A stretch of 64,000 nucleotides of DNA from Azolla caroliniana. Taxonomy: Eukaryota; Plantae; Polypodiophyta. The translations under genes were made by a program, and so were the position numbers. The notes under the pieces are model-generated. The model saw only the letters and a list, made by a program, of their open reading frames with translations, searched no databases and was not told where the DNA came from. Below are positions 25,001 to 39,182 of the stretch, one piece after another (position 1 is the stretch's first letter; each line of letters starts with the position of its first letter). The DNA lies in contig JBHGNT010000018.1 in assembly GCA_043228905.1 (NCBI GenBank), positions 3,596,001-3,660,000 on the forward strand. The letters are read 5' to 3'.

Positions 25001-27697
25001 CTTTATATCTAAAGCACTTACAAGGATGTGTGTGGTTCTTGAAGGGGATAACATTAAAGGTGACGATGGACCAAATTGAGATTCTATTTGAGAAACACAA
25101 TCACATCATGTTTGTGAATGATGTCTTCGATCAATTTTGAATGCTCGCTAAGGTTATTGTGTCGAAACATGTTAGTCATATTAACGTGTAAGTGGATTTG
25201 CAACGTTGCCCATAATTACAAAATGAACGTGTTTACTATTTGATCTAAAGGGTCTCTTGTGATTGAGAAGTTTGAAATAAAAGTATACTTACCACTCGAG
25301 AATTAGGCGACAAATATTTTTCTTTAAAGAAGATTCCATAGCAAAGTCATGACTATCTCAATACAAAGGAGTTGCATATGTTTTCAAGATAAAGAACCTG
25401 AAAGCAACGTTTCTATGCAGAATCTTGATCAAAGTCATCTTTGAGAACATATGGATGGAGACAAGCGACGTACACGTCAGGTTATTATAACATGCGTCTT
25501 GAAAGGAAATGTCTATAAGGTCTTATGATATGCTTAAAACTAGTCCATAAATAAAGACTTACATGGTTGCTCACCTTCTATTCGAGCTTAAGGATAATAA
25601 ATTGTGCAATTAGTATATAGACAACACAAGTATATTGTACAATGTAAACGTCTATGATGAGCACTACATGGTAAAGTTTATATATAAGTGTATGAAAACA
25701 CCATGTAGACTTGCGGAATTAAAGACATATCTACATCAAGTATGTGGAATTTTAAGTGACCCCTCGAAAGACATCCAAAGCATTGGACGGTAAAGTATAT
25801 TTATTTTTCAATAAATCACTAGGCTTGTGATCAAATCCTTCACATGTACGCTAGGTCATAATAATTATGGGACGAGGTTCAAATCATGGCAACAGGATGT
25901 TATCAAGCTATATTCATCAATTAAAGTGTGTTCATCCTTGCCTCATTTGTATGATTATGGTAAAGTGTCTTACTTTAACCAGATAATTGAAGTCATCGCA
26001 CATATATGATATTGACACTCAAACCCCCATTTACTTTAGACATGATTATGCCTCAACAAATGAACTTCAAATTTCAAATGTTTTCTTCAATAAATTAGCA
26101 CCAATGACAACAATTTTTGTTTATAAGATAGACATAATCTAATCCATTTTATATTTATTTGAATGATTCAATGTGTGTAAGATTCTTTCGACACACTTTT
26201 CACTTAGTGGCATTCTTTCTCTAACACTAAGACCATCATTTAGGGAGTTCTAATTAGCATCAACCCTATTGCTAACTACATGGGATGGGATTAGTGTAAA
26301 TCATTTCGTAGCCGGGTTTAGTTACCACTAACAATCTCTTCATCAATCTAACTCTAATAAACTTAACTATATAGTTAAGAAACTAAACGCAAAGAAATCA
26401 CAAAGGGTAAAACATCATGCATCGATTAATTGTAATCCAATGCTTAAGGACTTACTTGAGCCCTATGCTAAGATCATTAAAGTAACATTAGAGATTTATG
26501 AGAGAAAGAGAAATAAAAGTTCAAGCGTAAGTGGTAAGAAAGTGAAAAAGATGTACACATGTGACTTTTATAGTCCTACACAACAATTTAGGCCTTTTCA
26601 CACTAGGACAGCCACGAGACTATTATATTCTAGGTTTTTATCTCTTGTTTTCTTCTATTTACATGTAGACTTGGCTTTTGGTGCATCCATACTAATCTTA
26701 AGGGTGTTGGAAGCATATGACAAGTACTTAACATGTAGAGATGTATGGATATGTTTGCATGGATGCATAGAAGCATGTTATCTATTTTTATAAACTTGCA
26801 ACTTTTTCTTTCTCACTCCTAATCATACATGTTTGTCTTTATCTTCCCCCACCATGAATTTCTATAGAATTTTCTATTATATTGACATATGAAGTAGTTA
26901 ATTATGAGCAACGAGATTCTTCAAATTTGTCTTGTTCTATTATAATGTATAAGACTTAGGGGTGGGGATATCTTGATGATCAATTTACACGTGGTTAGCA
27001 ATTTGCCATTCGTTCGGTTTGTGAGGTACCTTCTCAAACGACCCTTCGAAAAGCCATTAACATGAAGGTGAACAAAATATGAGCGACCTTATAAGTGTAC
27101 CTTATAAGTGTATTTAGAATGTGTCACACACATACGATGGTTATTACTTTATTTGGTCCCAATATGTACTAGATTAAAGCATCTAATTCCCGATGAGCAT
27201 CAATATGGTTGGATGTATGACAATGGGCACTTCTCAAAATTAGATTGTGCGGTAACTACTTATAATAAAACCCATCTCATCTATCTAAAACACAAGTTTA
27301 CATTTGTAATCGTGTTTTGTTTTTTTTCCCTTCGAGTCCTAAGAGAAATTAACTGATCGGATGAAAAGTCTATTTTAGAAATCGATCGAGCACTCGACTA
27401 TAAATATTAGGAATCAAAGTATGTGTATATTTTCCATGACCGACCGAATTCATGCACACATCAGGTGCAAAGTTGTTGGGGAGTGTAACTGATTACCCAC
27501 TTGCGCTCGAACAAAATGTATCCATCTTTCTCTCTCTCTCTCTCTCTTTTAAAAAAAAAAAATGCCTGATTGTATGTCGGCATCATGAAGAGGTCAGGAG
27601 AGTGATGCGTGTGTAAAGGGATTTGCACGAGCAAAACCATCAGCAGGAAGGAACACACGCACATACGTGCAATGATAGAGACAGAGAGAGACAGAGA

Positions 27698-27795
27698 CAT
27701 ACATACATACATACATACATACATACATACATACATACATACATACATACATACATACATACATACATACATACATACATACATACATACATACA
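27698..27795. repeat. (TACA)n microsatellite with adjacent (CA)n
   Basis: Directly visible perfect tetranucleotide run. Confidence 0.95.
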
Positions 27796-27939
27796 TGAGA
27801 GTGCACACACACACACACACACACACATGTACAAGGACATACACATACATGTACATAGCGAGTGTTACATGACTGGTTACCCTATTTCTCAAGAGAGAGT
27901 AGGTGGGTGGGCAAGCGGGCGGGCATTACATGGTCGGCT

Positions 27940-28420
27940 CAGGTAGCAATGGGCACAGTTTTGGCTCAAACTGAACCAAACCGTTAAAGTTATGGTTTAA
28001 CGGTTTATTGGTTTCAAAACATTTTAATGGTTTGGATTTTTGATAAACGGTTCCGTTTAGTTCTAAAAGTCGGGTCTATCGGTTTATAGGTTTATTGGTT
28101 TTTGGTTAACTTTCTTTTTCAACTTAATAGTTTACTAATTTAATGGTTTTTGATTGACTTAATTAAATTTAACTTAAATGTTTTTAAAAAATAAAATTTA
28201 ATGGTTTAATTAAATTATCTTTGATTGATTTAATCAATTTTAACTTAAATGCTTATTTAAAAGTAATGTAATTTTTTTTGTTTTGTTTCTTTAGATTTTA
28301 AATTAGTTTTGACTTAAATTGGTTAAGGTTAAATTTTTTTTTTACTAAATGGTTTCGAATTGTTTACTAAATGGTTCGGTTCGGTTCGGTTTCAAACTTT
28401 TTCCTTAAAACGGTTTGGCG
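27940..28420. mobile_element. Putative non-autonomous fold-back element with AACCG/CGGTT repeats (MITE- or Helitron-like)
   Basis: AAACTGAACCAAACCGTT (~27968) faces GGTTCGGTTCGGTTCGGTTT (~28373) across an AT-rich core. No clear TSD. Confidence 0.45.
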
Positions 28421-28561
28421 ATGATCCTTCCAAAAAACACATTATTTATGTTGTATGTATGTACAAATAAATATCTCTCTCTCTCTCTCTCGTTCTCTCT
28501 GTCTCTCTTTCTCTCTAAAGAGAAGAATACATAGAAAAGAAAGAGACAGCCAGACAGAAAT

Positions 28562-28563
<2 letters not shown>

Positions 28564-28600
<37 letters not shown>

Positions 28601-28773
28601 TATTATGTATTATGTAGAATAAGGAGCAGAAGGCGAAGAAGAAGGCGAAGGAGAAGGCGTGACGAGTCGATACGAGAAGAATCAGACGACGAAGGAAACA
28701 CAGAAGGAAACATAAGATTCACAGATTCATAGATTGACAGACAGACAGACAGATTGATTGATAGGTTGGTTGG

Positions 28774-28814
<41 letters not shown>

Positions 28815-28832
28815 CGATTGATCGATCGATAG
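28564..28832. repeat. (TA)n, (GACA)n and (GATT)n microsatellites upstream of the RING gene
   Basis: Directly visible. Confidence 0.85.
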
Positions 28833-29725
28833 AGAGACCGAGAAGGCGGAAGACACAAGGAAGGAAGCAGAGACGGGAGGAGGAGAAGAAGAAGGAGGAG
28901 GAGGCAAGTAGTAGCAGAATTTGTAGTAGCAGAATTAGCGGCAGCAGAAGCATGAAGGATGAATGAATCCTGAAGGATGAGGACCTTCCCTTTGATCGAT
29001 TCCAACACCATCGCCTCCCTCTTATCCTTTTACCATTCGTTTTCTTCAAACCTCTCCGTGCCTTTTATTAGGGTTTCCTGCATCACGCCCACACACACAT
29101 AATACACGTTCACCCTTGCCATTTCCTCATTCTAAGGTAATCTCTCTCTCTCTCTCTGATTTCTTTTTATTCCCTGTTTTTTTTTTGTTTTTTTTGTGTG
29201 ATTTACATCCTTACCATCGTCCTATCCGATTTCCCATGTTTATATTCCTCCTACTTTCAGTAGCAGGTTGCTTTCCACATAACGAAGACACCGAGATACA
29301 GGAATACAGGCAGAAAAGAAGACGGAAGAAAATCCTCTGCGAGTTCTGGTAAGAGTTCAAGGAAGAAAAGAGTTCAAGGAGCAGAAGAAGAAAGTCAGAG
29401 AGAAAGAGAGAGAGAATAAGGCCACGTTTTGGGGAGTGTTAAAGAGGAAGAATAAGAAGGATCTCCTCAGAACAGAGGTACTGGCAGGATAGGAACGAGA
29501 AGATCGTTGAAGACAGAGCTACAGGAAAACAAAAGGACAGAAGAAACATTGGAGTTTTGGTAAGATTTGTGTTTTATTTCCTCTTGGCAACATTATCAAA
29601 TCGTGGCTGGTGTTTTCCTTGCATCAAGAACAAGAGCCTCCTAATCTTTGTCACTGTTATACCTTTCACGCCAAGGGAAAAACTTCCAAGCTCAAAAGAA
29701 GCTTTCTTTCTAGCTACTGTCCACC

Positions 29726-30520
29726 ATGAATCTAAGTCGCAGCTTGATTAAGAGAGGAGCTGTGCTGATGAAACCATCAAAGCACAATAGGATGCCAGAA
29801 ACAAGTTCTGGCAACAACAATGAAGGGACAATGAGCCAGACAGATCCAGCCATATGTGAAACTGTGGAAGGATGTAGCAATTTTGATTGCAACATATGCT
29901 TAGAATCATCACGAGACCCTGTAGTGACCATGTGTGGCCATCTCTTCTGTTGGTCATGTCTCTATAAATGGCTTAACGCATCTCGCACTGGCATGCAACA
30001 ATGTCCAGTTTGCAAAGCAAGAGTCGAAGAGAAGATAATCCCTCTCTATGGAAGAGGAAAGGTAGCATACCCTACAACACCAGCTACTACTGATAATCAA
30101 GGAGATGAAAAAGCCGCTAATGTTATAGATATACCTTCACGACCATCTGCACCGAGACCTCATATCTCTGTGGCTAGTCCTCGCCGTGTGCCTCAGCAGT
30201 TTACTAGTTTTCACAACCATGGTATGAGTTTCCATGATGGTCATCCAAGTTTCGGAGGAAATGTTCCTTTCTCCGCAAGCTTTGGCCTTTTTCCTGCACT
30301 TCTTGGATTCCAACTCGGTGGATTTCCTGATTATAGCCATAGCTTGTCCTATAATGGTTCATCCTCCTCCTCCTCCTCCTTTGGAGCTCCTGATGCTAGG
30401 GGTAATGCTATGGCGATCCAACAAAGGATCAGGTGGAATAATAGCCAACATGAGTTCCTTTTGCATTGGTTCTTCATCCTTTTGGTTTGCTTTGGTGTCG
30501 CTTGCTTTTTGTTTTTCTAG
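29726..30520 (+). CDS. RMA/RNF5/RNF185-like RING-HC E3 ubiquitin ligase with a C-terminal membrane anchor (single coding exon; start ATG uncertain)
   Basis: Motifs [47 protein letters not shown] and SFGLFP, with hydrophobic end [18 protein letters not shown] likely 5' UTR intron spans 29138-29260. Confidence 0.92.
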   Translation: MNLSRSLIKRGAVLMKPSKHNRMPETSSGNNNEGTMSQTDPAICETVEGCSNFDCNICLESSRDPVVTMCGHLFCWSCLYKWLNASRTGMQQCPVCKARVEEKIIPLYGRGKVAYPTTPATTDNQGDEKAANVIDIPSRPSAPRPHISVASPRRVPQQFTSFHNHGMSFHDGHPSFGGNVPFSASFGLFPALLGFQLGGFPDYSHSLSYNGSSSSSSSFGAPDARGNAMAIQQRIRWNNSQHEFLLHWFFILLVCFGVACFLFF

Positions 30521-33500
30521 AACAGGTTTACAGAAGAGGCTGTGATGATGAATGGAGAAGAAGGTATCTTTTAAAGTATCAGTGATGGTTCTACATGCGA
30601 AAACCTTCAGTTTCATGATGGAAAATAGATTTGAGTGATGGGTATGGATCTTATTTTAAGAGGCAAAGAGACCTAATTTCAAGGCTTCATTACCTCGAGT
30701 CAACTTTGTTAAGTAAGCTGTTGCTATAGGTTAGTGGCAACACCTATTCTGTACAAAGTTATGGTGTCTTGTTTTGCCTGCTGTAAATTCTGGATGATTA
30801 TATGCTCGTGTGTTATGCCAATTGTTCAACTATGTTTGTTGCACAATTATTGTAAACTGTACATTATAAAGAGCTCCAGTTTAAATTTTGGTCAGTAGGC
30901 TGTACCCTCGCCCAAACATGTGTGGATAGAACTTCTACAGTCTATGTCAATAGATGTACATACATGCATATACACACACATATATATGTGTGTGTGTGTG
31001 CACTAGTTAATTTGTCTCTGGGAGTCTCCCAATCAAAGAACTTCTTTTTTGTGGTATGTATTTATTTTGAACTCCATGAAATCATCCATGGTGAACAGAC
31101 AGAACAGAATGAAGAACTAAATTACATTGCTTTGGCTCCATTTGAGTTGCGAAATGTTCCACTGTGCTATTTTGATTTTGGTGTCTCATTTTAGGATGCC
31201 CTTCTCCTATCATATTATTTGTATTTCTATCGAACAAGTATACAGGCAAATCTGTATCTTCAGGCTATCCATCCGTACTATATACAAGGAAATCGGGATA
31301 TAGAAGGATGCTGACAACAAGAAGCACAGATGTTTTTGCCTGTCTGGAATTGGATCTGTGACCGGTGTAGATCTATAACTAAAATTTGATGGATTGGTGT
31401 GTGTGTGTGCTTGTGCTGTGATAATCATTTCTCTACTTTGTGAATGGTTGAAAATTCTGTAATATATAATCTTTTAAGCCAAGTAGTATTGACATTTTAT
31501 GGTGAAGATGAAAAGCTGACCGGATTGCTATTGAAGATGATGGAGTAGTAAATACCATTGGAAGTTTCCAAAGGTTTGCAGTGTGATTTCATAAAAAAAA
31601 ATCATCTGTGTTTTATATCTCCATGTGGAGAGGAGTTTTGTATCTCATTTGGCGTTCAAATGCCCAAATAATGTACTTTATCCCATCATTCACTGTATAT
31701 GTATATACATATATACATACATACGTACGTACGTACGTACATTCACTGTTTATGTATATACATACATACATATACATACATACATATATATAACTAAGTA
31801 AAAGGTGAGGATTGGTCCCAATGGAGAAGCTTTCATTGCAGTTGGAAGGCAAGCTACCCACTCATTACTTGCCTATCTGTGAAATCAAGATGAGAGATGC
31901 GATAGGTTGTTTGAATTGCTGCTCACCCTCGGAGCTACCTAATGTTTACTAGAAGATAGCGAAGAAAAGATAGGTTCGCAGTCGTTAAGACCAATGGATA
32001 ATGGATTTTTGCAATCCCTCACATTTGTGATTTTATTCTCACATCTTTTATCATTCATTCCCTGGTCTTCTTTGACTCCGTCACAAATTCTTGCTCTTGC
32101 GAAGTTAGTTTTAAACCCTACTTTGACAAGCGTCAGCTCAATCAAGACTTCCCACACATGTGTTCACTATGTGACATGTCTATTCTTCGAAGATAAACTC
32201 ATAGAATCCATTCTATTTTTACCATGGGAATGATGATCTTCCTTCTTAGGCATTTTAAATGTTCTATTAATCATTGAACTAGTATGATCTTCCATATGTA
32301 TAGTAATTGGAATTTGGGGGCTTAATTTAATGACCACCATCCAAACTTTTCTCCAGCTTGCTGATTGTAATGCCGAACATAGAACATTAGTCACTAGATC
32401 TATTTTCCATGTAAACCATCATTGGCTCATTTCCCCATTCTCTTCTCCACACCTACAAGTTTTTCTTGGTCTTCAAGATTCTAGTGGCCAATTATATTGC
32501 TACAATGATTATTTTCCATTTATTAATGAGGAGTTTGCATATTGTCAATTACGTGGATTATGATAATCTCAATTATATTTAGATGATCATTTAGGTCACT
32601 TCAAACTTGGAACAATTTATTAACATTTTAAAATATATAACTTGTCCGATGTACTAAATCAATGAATATATAACTCTTAAATAAGCCCTTACAATAATAA
32701 TTTTTTTCATTCATGATAGAGATGCACCATAAAGTAGATCACAATTATATCTTGATATTGGATGGTGGCAAACAATGGCCATTAAATATGTGATTTTGGT
32801 ACATATATCATAGACAATCTATCATAATTTTTAATATTGGATAATTTCCCTCCATTGAAATTTTCTACAAGTATACATAACATAGATTTGTTAGAAACAA
32901 GAAGGAAACGAGACTAATATTTGATAGTCATCCACACATACAAAGGTTTTTGAAAGTGTCCATTGACACAGTATAAATTAACAATGTAGATAGAAGTGTA
33001 TCCATAAATTTTGTCATACTCTAGGGAACTCATAGGAATTAGCAATGCTTATCCTTATATATTGAGATCCAAATGTTGCACATGTGGAACCTCACTTTCT
33101 CTACAGACACATTGTTTCCAAAACGATTCCTCAAACAATCGTCTTTTGCATTGAAGAATACATGTACGCACATTTTCAACTTTCAAAATAGTAGAAACGT
33201 ACGACCGTTCTCTTTTTTTCTTTGTTTGACTCTATATCAATAGAAAAACTTATTGGACATAATAATTCAAAGACTTTTTCTTCCACTTCAAGTTTTCCTT
33301 ACCTTTTGGGCCTATATGTAAGACTAACATCGATTCTATCCATAATAATGTTGAAAATATCAAAATTACCCATCCTAAAAAAGGTATACAGTTTGTTTAA
33401 TAACTCATAGTAACCAATCAAATGCTCTCTCAACTTCAACTTTAACTGACACGCTTATAGTCTTTAAAATTGTAATTTGTAACTATCCCTCTATTTGTTC

Positions 33501-35715
33501 TCTTTTTGGAATAACCACTTTGAGATCACGAATATTTCTATTTCATATTCAATTCACATGCTCCATGTTATTCATCCTACTATTTCTAATAAATCCTTAA
33601 CTCCGGATTTTAAAGAGAGTGATAGATAGAGTTCAATTATCGTCCTTGGATATCAAACATGACTCCTATAACGGAATCGCGCAATTTTCATGTTGCATGT
33701 GCGGTGTTTAAGAATTTATAAACTAATGCACAATTGAGATTTCACATTGTCATTCATGAGAGAAGTACATGTAATAATGGTCCTTACAATTGAGTATCTT
33801 TGCCCTTGGACTTGTTCCAATATGTGACCACAAGGCTTGTACATCTAACTACTTCCAATGCTTGGCTTCTTTAGGGGTGCCAATAGCAATGTTGTTTTGA
33901 GAGTTGAGGACTTGAAGTGTGTGAACAACATTTAACATATCCCTCAACCTAGTTGGTACACACTTCTAGGTGCATGATTTCTTCAGTTGGCTCTTCTAGA
34001 TTGAAGGAGTTATTGAAGGAGAGGATGGAGTCAAGGATGAGGGTGGTTAGAGGGGTTTTTATTAGATATGGGGGGTTCAAATACAGTTGGGGGTGTGAGA
34101 GAGCACGAGAGTGGAGTGATTGGATTTGGTTTCTTGTGTATTAGTCATGGTTGCATCCCTTTGATGTTTTACTCACAACCCTAATCCATTTCACATTTTA
34201 TCGAATTCATGTTTGGAATAAGATGTACTAATATGCATGCTTTGGCTCTTGTGTGTTAAAGCTAGTGTTTTAGAGATGCTATTGGGACTCGGCTGGCTAG
34301 TTACATTCCCTCTTCAAGAATACCCTCACCATACTATTGACTAAATTCGGCATATGATTCACATGTAAAGGAATTTTTTTCGGTCTATCCCCAATTGTTT
34401 TTAATCATGTGAAACTTGAGCATATCCAACCATACACATTTTCTCTTTTGACGTGCTCTATCTAGATTGTATTTGTGTGTTTGCTTAGTTTACTAGTTTG
34501 CTTTAAGTGCCAATTCAACTCAATAGCTTCACATGGCTATTGCTGATGAAGACGAACATAATAATAATATTTAGGATAAAAATAGATAAACTACTTGATT
34601 AACTCCACGTTAAATTTGCTAGTTTAACTCTTCATTTGTCTCTCATTCAAATGCCTTGGGTGTCCTCTTACTATTGCGTTGTTTCTTTACTCACTATATG
34701 CCCAATATTAAAGACTTAATCAAGAGACTTAGCGAAGTAAGACACGAGAAAATACAATAGGAGAATACACCATGCTTGGCAACTTAATACCTCAAGATAG
34801 CATAAGTATTTAGTATAGAATTCTTAACACTTAAGCTCTTTGGTATTGATGAGAGAGAGGGAGAGATTAAGAATTTTTACCCTCTAGTATAAAGATAGAA
34901 AGTGAAGAAGAAACTTTAGTCTTTTACATGAGTAGGGCCATTTTACACTGTCGTGGGCACAACTAGGTCATTATTTCTCTTCCATAGTATCTCCTACCCC
35001 CTTTTCCCGTCTCATAGATTTTTTTAAAAATTTCAACATTATTTGTATTATAATTCACATCATCTATGTTTAAAACTATAGATTTCTTAATCATATCAAA
35101 TGAAAAAAAAATGAAAAAAGGAGCATTAAAATGTAAAGGATGTTTTTGTTTCACGTTCAAAATAGCCATTTTCCTTGTTTTGTTTAACCTCCGTTGACAA
35201 AATGTTTTGACCCCTTATGTGCATCGAAAGAATTGTTTGATAGATCCTCACTGCTTGTTTAAAAGCGACCGACATTTGACTTTCTAAGTGGTGTATCCAA
35301 ATTTGGAAATCCTTAAACCTTCATATTTTGCTAAAAAACTACGAGAATTTTATTCTAGATATCACAAGAATTTTTGCTTAGAAATTACAATGATTATTGA
35401 TCAAAATGGTGTAATCTCATATAACAATCACAATTTTTTACCATTTTTATTGTGATTTATTCCAATGATCGAAGTTAAGCTTTGCAATATAATACATTTC
35501 TTGTAATGAGACAAATATTATCACGTGTTATTTATTTACTGTTACTATTAAGATGTGTTAAAGTTTTTGTGGTACGTTACTTTTGTATTACATGCATTTT
35601 TTTACTATTGAGGTAAATTTTGATTATCCTATTTCATCACAATTAAAAGAAAATTGGAATCACTTATAAAAAAATGGATCCCTATTTGTTGGCGCTCACT
35701 TTTACGATTCTCCTC

Positions 35716-35814
35716 CATCAGGCATTTGTTCTCTCTCCTTTTACTTTGTTTCTCTTGTTAAGCGTCATCAAGCATTTGTTCTCTCTCCTTTTACTTTGTT
35801 TCTTTTGTTAAGCG
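35716..35814. repeat. 50-bp tandem duplication
   Basis: CATCA(G/A)GCATTTGTTCTCTCTCCTTTTACTTTGTTTCT(C/T)TTGTTAAGCG occurs twice. Confidence 0.9.
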
Positions 35815-37248
35815 GGCATTACTTGTACTATTCTTAAGCCCTTTTGGATCCCTATGACATGCTCGTGGAATTGATCAATCATACAACATGGGAAGGACAT
35901 GGAGACGATATATACAATATTTTCTTCCCGAACTTCAATTGGTAATGTATCCTTGAGGCAAATGTCTCTTCGGTTAAGGAAACTTGTAACCACCCTTCCA
36001 CATTGAATTTATTAAGATGGGCACCTTGTAAGCTCCTCATCTTGTATATCAATAAAGAGGATACAAAGTATTAATACAACCTTTGAAGTTTTATCAAGAG
36101 GATGTTGAAATGGATATAGTCAGAATCTCAACCGTGCATAATATGTCAATAGCCCAGGAATTATGCAAGCTAAGGTATATTAGAACGAGATGTAAAAAGG
36201 GTTGATGGAGCATATCCTCTTTCAACTTAATAAGAATCCACTTAAAACAAGTCCAAGACAACTGCTACAAAATTGTGTTACTCAAAGTGAATAAAGCATA
36301 TTTGAGCATTGTTTCTAAAAATAAGAAATTTGAATTGTAAGCTCCTTCCCTTTGGCCCCATAAAAAAAGGAAAAATGCAAGTTCATGGTTATTTTTTCTT
36401 CCCTAGAATATTTTTTTAAAAAAATCCTTTGGTTTACATTTATATCCTTTTGGGAATCTATGCGTGCACTCAATCTTCCTTCAACAACTTGATATAATTT
36501 CCTTGTCTTTCTATTGTCATCATGGTGCTATCATATTATGATTTGGTAACATTTGTCAACAATATAGGGATGAAGGAAATTTCAAAACTCATAGTGAAAG
36601 AATTGTCTTACCTTGCACAAATGAGCTAACAAATCAAAAAACTTTCTTGTGACATGCATTTCCAGATTTCTCTTTGCATATGCTATGGTTTCTTTCACAT
36701 GCAATTCTCAATTCTCAATGTGAATACCTAGCAAACATGTCCTAGCCATTAGAACACACAACAATAAAATTCCTTGCAAAATGATTTAACAAATCTCCAA
36801 TATGATTATCATAGATGGTTTCACATGCAATTCTCACTCTCAAAGTCGGCATGCCATGAAATGGGTCGCACTATTGCCTCTGTATAATTTCTAATAGACC
36901 TCCACTAGCCATTATAATATCTGATGATAACAAAGTTAAATTTGTTGAAAGATGAGGAACAAAGATACTCTAATGATCATGGGAATAAAATCTTTTCTTG
37001 CAAAGCTTACAATTGACAATTGTTGCACTCTGTGACGTTTGATGCAAGTGCATTCCATTGTGATGTTACAAACAGTACAAATCTCATCACAATTCTTTGC
37101 CCTTGCTCTCTCCTTGAAGATGACAAGCTCACTATTTTTTCAAGAATCTAGTAATGACTCTTCTCGTTTCCCACTCTCCTTTGGATCAAATGCAATAAGC
37201 AGTACTCAAGAAGTAGTCATTGTCCCAATGCTGCCTAAAACAAGTCAG

Positions 37249-37644
37249 TTGCAGATATTTGCTGTGAAATATTAAGTGTATTTCATTAATGCCAATCTAC
37301 TAAAAATATCAAATTTATTATACACTAACAAACACTAGTATTCAAACAAGGATTTGAACCTCGAGAGATCTTCTCCAGCTACTAAAGTCGCTATTGTTCT
37401 ATCACTATTTAATGGATAAATGTACATCAGCATATGACTTCACATTGCAGATATTTGCTGTGAAATATTAAGTGTATTTCATTAATGCCAATCTACTAAA
37501 AATATCAAATTTATTATACACTAACAAACACTAGTATTCAAACAAGGATTTGAACCTCGAGAGATCTTCTCCAGCTACTAAAGTCGCTATTGTTCTATCA
37601 CTATTTAATGGATAAATGTACATCAGCATATGACTTCACATTGC
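37249..37644. repeat. Apparently perfect 196-bp tandem duplication
   Basis: Copies start at 37249 and 37445 (TTGCAGATATTTGCTGTG..), with TTGC microhomology at the junctions. Confidence 0.93.
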
Positions 37645-39182
37645 TGAATACTGGTTCGCCTTATATTTGTGAAGGAACGAAATGAGTTTAAAAACTTTAC
37701 AAAGTTCGTGAGGGCAACTTGTGCACTATCAATTGAAGACATGCAATATTACAAAGCCAAGTCATCACATAATACAAAATTCTCGCAGCACAATGACTTC
37801 TTCATACCATCAACATAAAAACAATCTTATAATCAAAATAGCATTTTTACTCAGAATGATTTCCAAGCATAAAAAAACACTCTGACTGAAAAGATAGAAA
37901 AATAAGGAAATGGCATTGCCTAAGTGAATTTGTCTTTTTTCAGCTTCTATTTAGAAAAGCACATTTTTTCATTTCATAATGAACCAAGCCAAAGCTCAAA
38001 CTACTAAAATACCTTGTTCTATAGTAGTTCATATTAATATATATATATATATATATAGTAAATTATTGAAGTATTTAAAATATGCCATTTCAATTTGTAC
38101 ATGTATTGATATAAGACGCTCAGACCTGCTGTGTATGCATACCCTCTCAATAAATGATGCATTCTTTTTCCCAAAGTAGAAATTCTATTTTGAATGGAAA
38201 AAATCGTCAAAACAATAGGTAAATAATAAGATTTCTCAATTGAACAATTACAAACATGGTGATTAGATACATCCATTCAAAGAAAGAAACAAATGGCTAA
38301 TAAAACATTCAGTTCCCTTGAATACACTCGAGACAAACCATTTCCTTCAGCCAATGTCTGCTGATCGAACATGAACTGGTTTTTATGCATCTACGAGTTT
38401 ATCCCTATCTAGGTTTATATATAGATATAATAGTTTTTACCGGTTTTAGTCGAGCACAAAGAAGTTTATTTTCATAAATTTTGGCCACTACAAATGCACT
38501 ATACCTCTGCATTCCATGTGCCCTATGGAGTGGATATGTGACTAGTTTTGCCTGTAATGATGCAGAAAATATTTGCAGACATATGGATTATCATGATTGC
38601 GAAACATATTTTTCTTTTTCTCTCCTCACTCACATACAGATACACAGGAAAAGAGGAATACATGTTCTAAAAAAAATCTGCTAAATGTTTTCACTGATTA
38701 ACATGAAGGCCTAACAAGAAGTTTGTTTAACAGTAGCAACAATATTAGACTTCTAGCTGAAACTCAATAACAGTATACCCCTAAAGCACAAGTCACTTCT
38801 GAAATATAGATATTAATCAGATGTGGGTTTTAAGTTTTAACACCAATTCACTATTTTAACTACTCAAAACAGAGTGCCACCATTCGAAATTACACTCAAC
38901 TACGCTGCATAAGCTGGTGCCGTTGCTCACAATAATTGCTGGTAGATATTTTTTTTAAACAACTAACTTACCCGATGCTTTTTCCTGCTTTGTACACCTC
39001 CCCGCATTTAGGTGGCCCGTGGTTGCACTCCAGATATAGCTAGCTAGGTTAATGAAATTACGGTTCTGTAAATGAATTGGAAAGCTCAAATCCGTGCTTC
39101 GTGATACCAAACACCCAAAGAGAACCTTCACAGATAACCCGCTGAATCATCGAGAGAGCACAAGAGATGGAATGTCAAAGCT

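Noticed and set aside
22320-27400. Possible decayed DNA transposon or Helitron coding region
   Set aside because: It looks like old TE decay, but I could not recover a diagnostic motif, terminus or TSD.
27461-27946. ORFs with YVCM/HTYI repeats
   Set aside because: These are translations of the (TACA)n microsatellite.
31900-34200. Possible MULE-like transposase remnant on the minus strand
   Set aside because: Only vague peptide fragments; not supportable without an HMM search.
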